Below, piece after piece: positions 62,803-64,000 of a stretch of DNA of 64,000 bases. Location: the NCBI GenBank assembly GCA_038087875.1, contig CM075978.1, positions 180,172,001 through 180,236,000 of the forward strand, read 5' to 3'. A program made the translations under genes and the position numbers. The notes beneath the pieces were generated by a model. That model was not told the DNA's origin. It ran no database searches and saw only the letters and a list, made by a program, of their open reading frames with translations. The DNA is from Malacoraja senta (taxonomy: Eukaryota). The stretch's first letter is position 1. Each line of letters opens with the position of its first letter.

Positions 62803-64000
62803 ATAACCACCCTGGAGGTCCTGCTTTTTAGCATTTTTCCGAGTTCTCTAAAGTCACGCTTCAGAATATCCATCCCCTTCTTTCCGACATCGTATGTGCC
62901 AACATGCACTACCACTTCTGGCTGTTCACGTTCGCCCCTAAGGATTTTCTGCACTCTGTCCATGACATTCTGGATCCTGGCACCAGGGAGGCAGCACACC
63001 ATTCTCAAATCCCGTCTGTTGCCACAGAAACCCCTGTCTGTACTTCTCACAATGGAGTCTCAAACTACCATGGCGTTGCCTGACGTCGGCCTCTTTGGTT
63101 TTGGCTCAACAGCTCTTTTTGCTTCGGAAGCCAGTGCGCCGCTTAGTGCGTTAATGTCTTCTGTCTCGACAGCTTCTGAGTGGGTGAACCTGTTCACTAG
63201 AGGTACAACACCCGGGGACCTGTGCTCTCCATGTTTAATTCCCTTTCTCACCTTCACCCATCTTCTCTCTTCCAATAACTTAGGTGTAACAATCTTGCTG
63301 TAGGACTCGTCGAGGAACGACTCAGTTTCTCAGACGAACTTGAGGTCATCCACTTGCTTCTCCAGTTCCCCAACATGGTCCTTCAGGAGCTGTACTTGGA
63401 TGCACTTCTCACATTTGTAGCAGCCAGAGGCACCAGCGGTGTCCTTGACCTCCCACATACTGCAAGCATCACACTGAATCAGCTTGCTTGACATCTCCTT
63501 CTTTCATCTCACCCTCTCCAGCGTTTGGTGTGGCGTCCTCCCTCAGCCTCCTCGCCGAAGACTCTCGAGCAAAAGACTCACACCTCCCTCACAAGGCCGC
63601 TCCCTCAGAGCAGCCTTGCTTATATTGACTGATAAATTGCCTAATTCACCAATTAACAATCCAAATTCCTCAGTTTTAAACTGTACCCCCCCTGAGACTT
63701 ACTCGCCTTTCCCACGGGCTTCAGCCAATCAGCTCTTCTCCCTGCCTCTCTTTGTTGCTGCATGTCCAAGATCCACGTAAGCTCTGGGCTAACTCTGGCT
63801 GCTTTTTGGCACTCTTTTTAAATGGTTTCCCCCCTCTGACTCACCTCTGACTCACCTTTCCCACGGGCTTCAGCCAATCAGCTCTTCTCTCTGCCTTTGC
63901 TGCTTGTCCAAGATCCACGTAAGCTGTGTATCTCTGGCTTATTAAAAGTTGTCTGGCTTCTTAAAAGTGTCTCCACTCCTTCTGAACCTGAAATAACTAA

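Larger units (their letters stand above)
54646..63990 (-). mobile_element. CR1 LINE paralogous to 28217-33110, split by nested insertions (pieces 54646-55543, 56051-58082, 58844-59159, 62803-63990)
   Basis: Same insertion point after ..TAGT as copy A. ORF pieces at 54808-55554, 56218-57657, 58920-59201 and 62793-63275. Confidence 0.9.
43449..64000 (+). repeat. Segmental duplication, copy B (expanded by later insertions; runs off the window end)
   Basis: Collinear with 21508-33180. GAACCTGAAATAACTAA at the window end matches 33160-33176. Confidence 0.9.

Overview
Eukaryotic genomic DNA, most likely a skate or ray (inferred from HE1-type SINEs and CR1 LINEs with (TTTCTATG)n tails). There is one assembly gap (45500-45742). 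The coding content is a tandem cluster of three diverged, non-rearranging Ig-superfamily receptor genes on the + strand, each built as leader / compact V domain ending in a J-like GxG strand / C1 domain / TM / short linker exon. Gene 1 is partial (its V exon lies upstream of the window). Gene 2 (11508 to about 20092) is intact. Gene 3 (37752 to about 43440) is a pseudogene. The most striking observation is downstream of the linker exon: each gene carries the same ordered set of phase-0 candidate tail exons of about 45-55 codons, each with its own stop codon and many with ITIM/ITSM motifs, and different cassettes survive in different paralogues. The rest is repeat-rich. It includes a roughly 90%-identical duplicated block (21.5-33.2 kb vs 43.4-64 kb), non-autonomous Helitrons (one carrying an HTRA2 exon-1 fragment), a Penelope-like element with a 12-bp TSD and an empty paralogous site, Penelope-derived repeats with minimal hammerhead-ribozyme motifs, and nested CR1 insertions. 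All exon models were read by eye from splice sites, phases and paralogue comparison, and none has transcript support.
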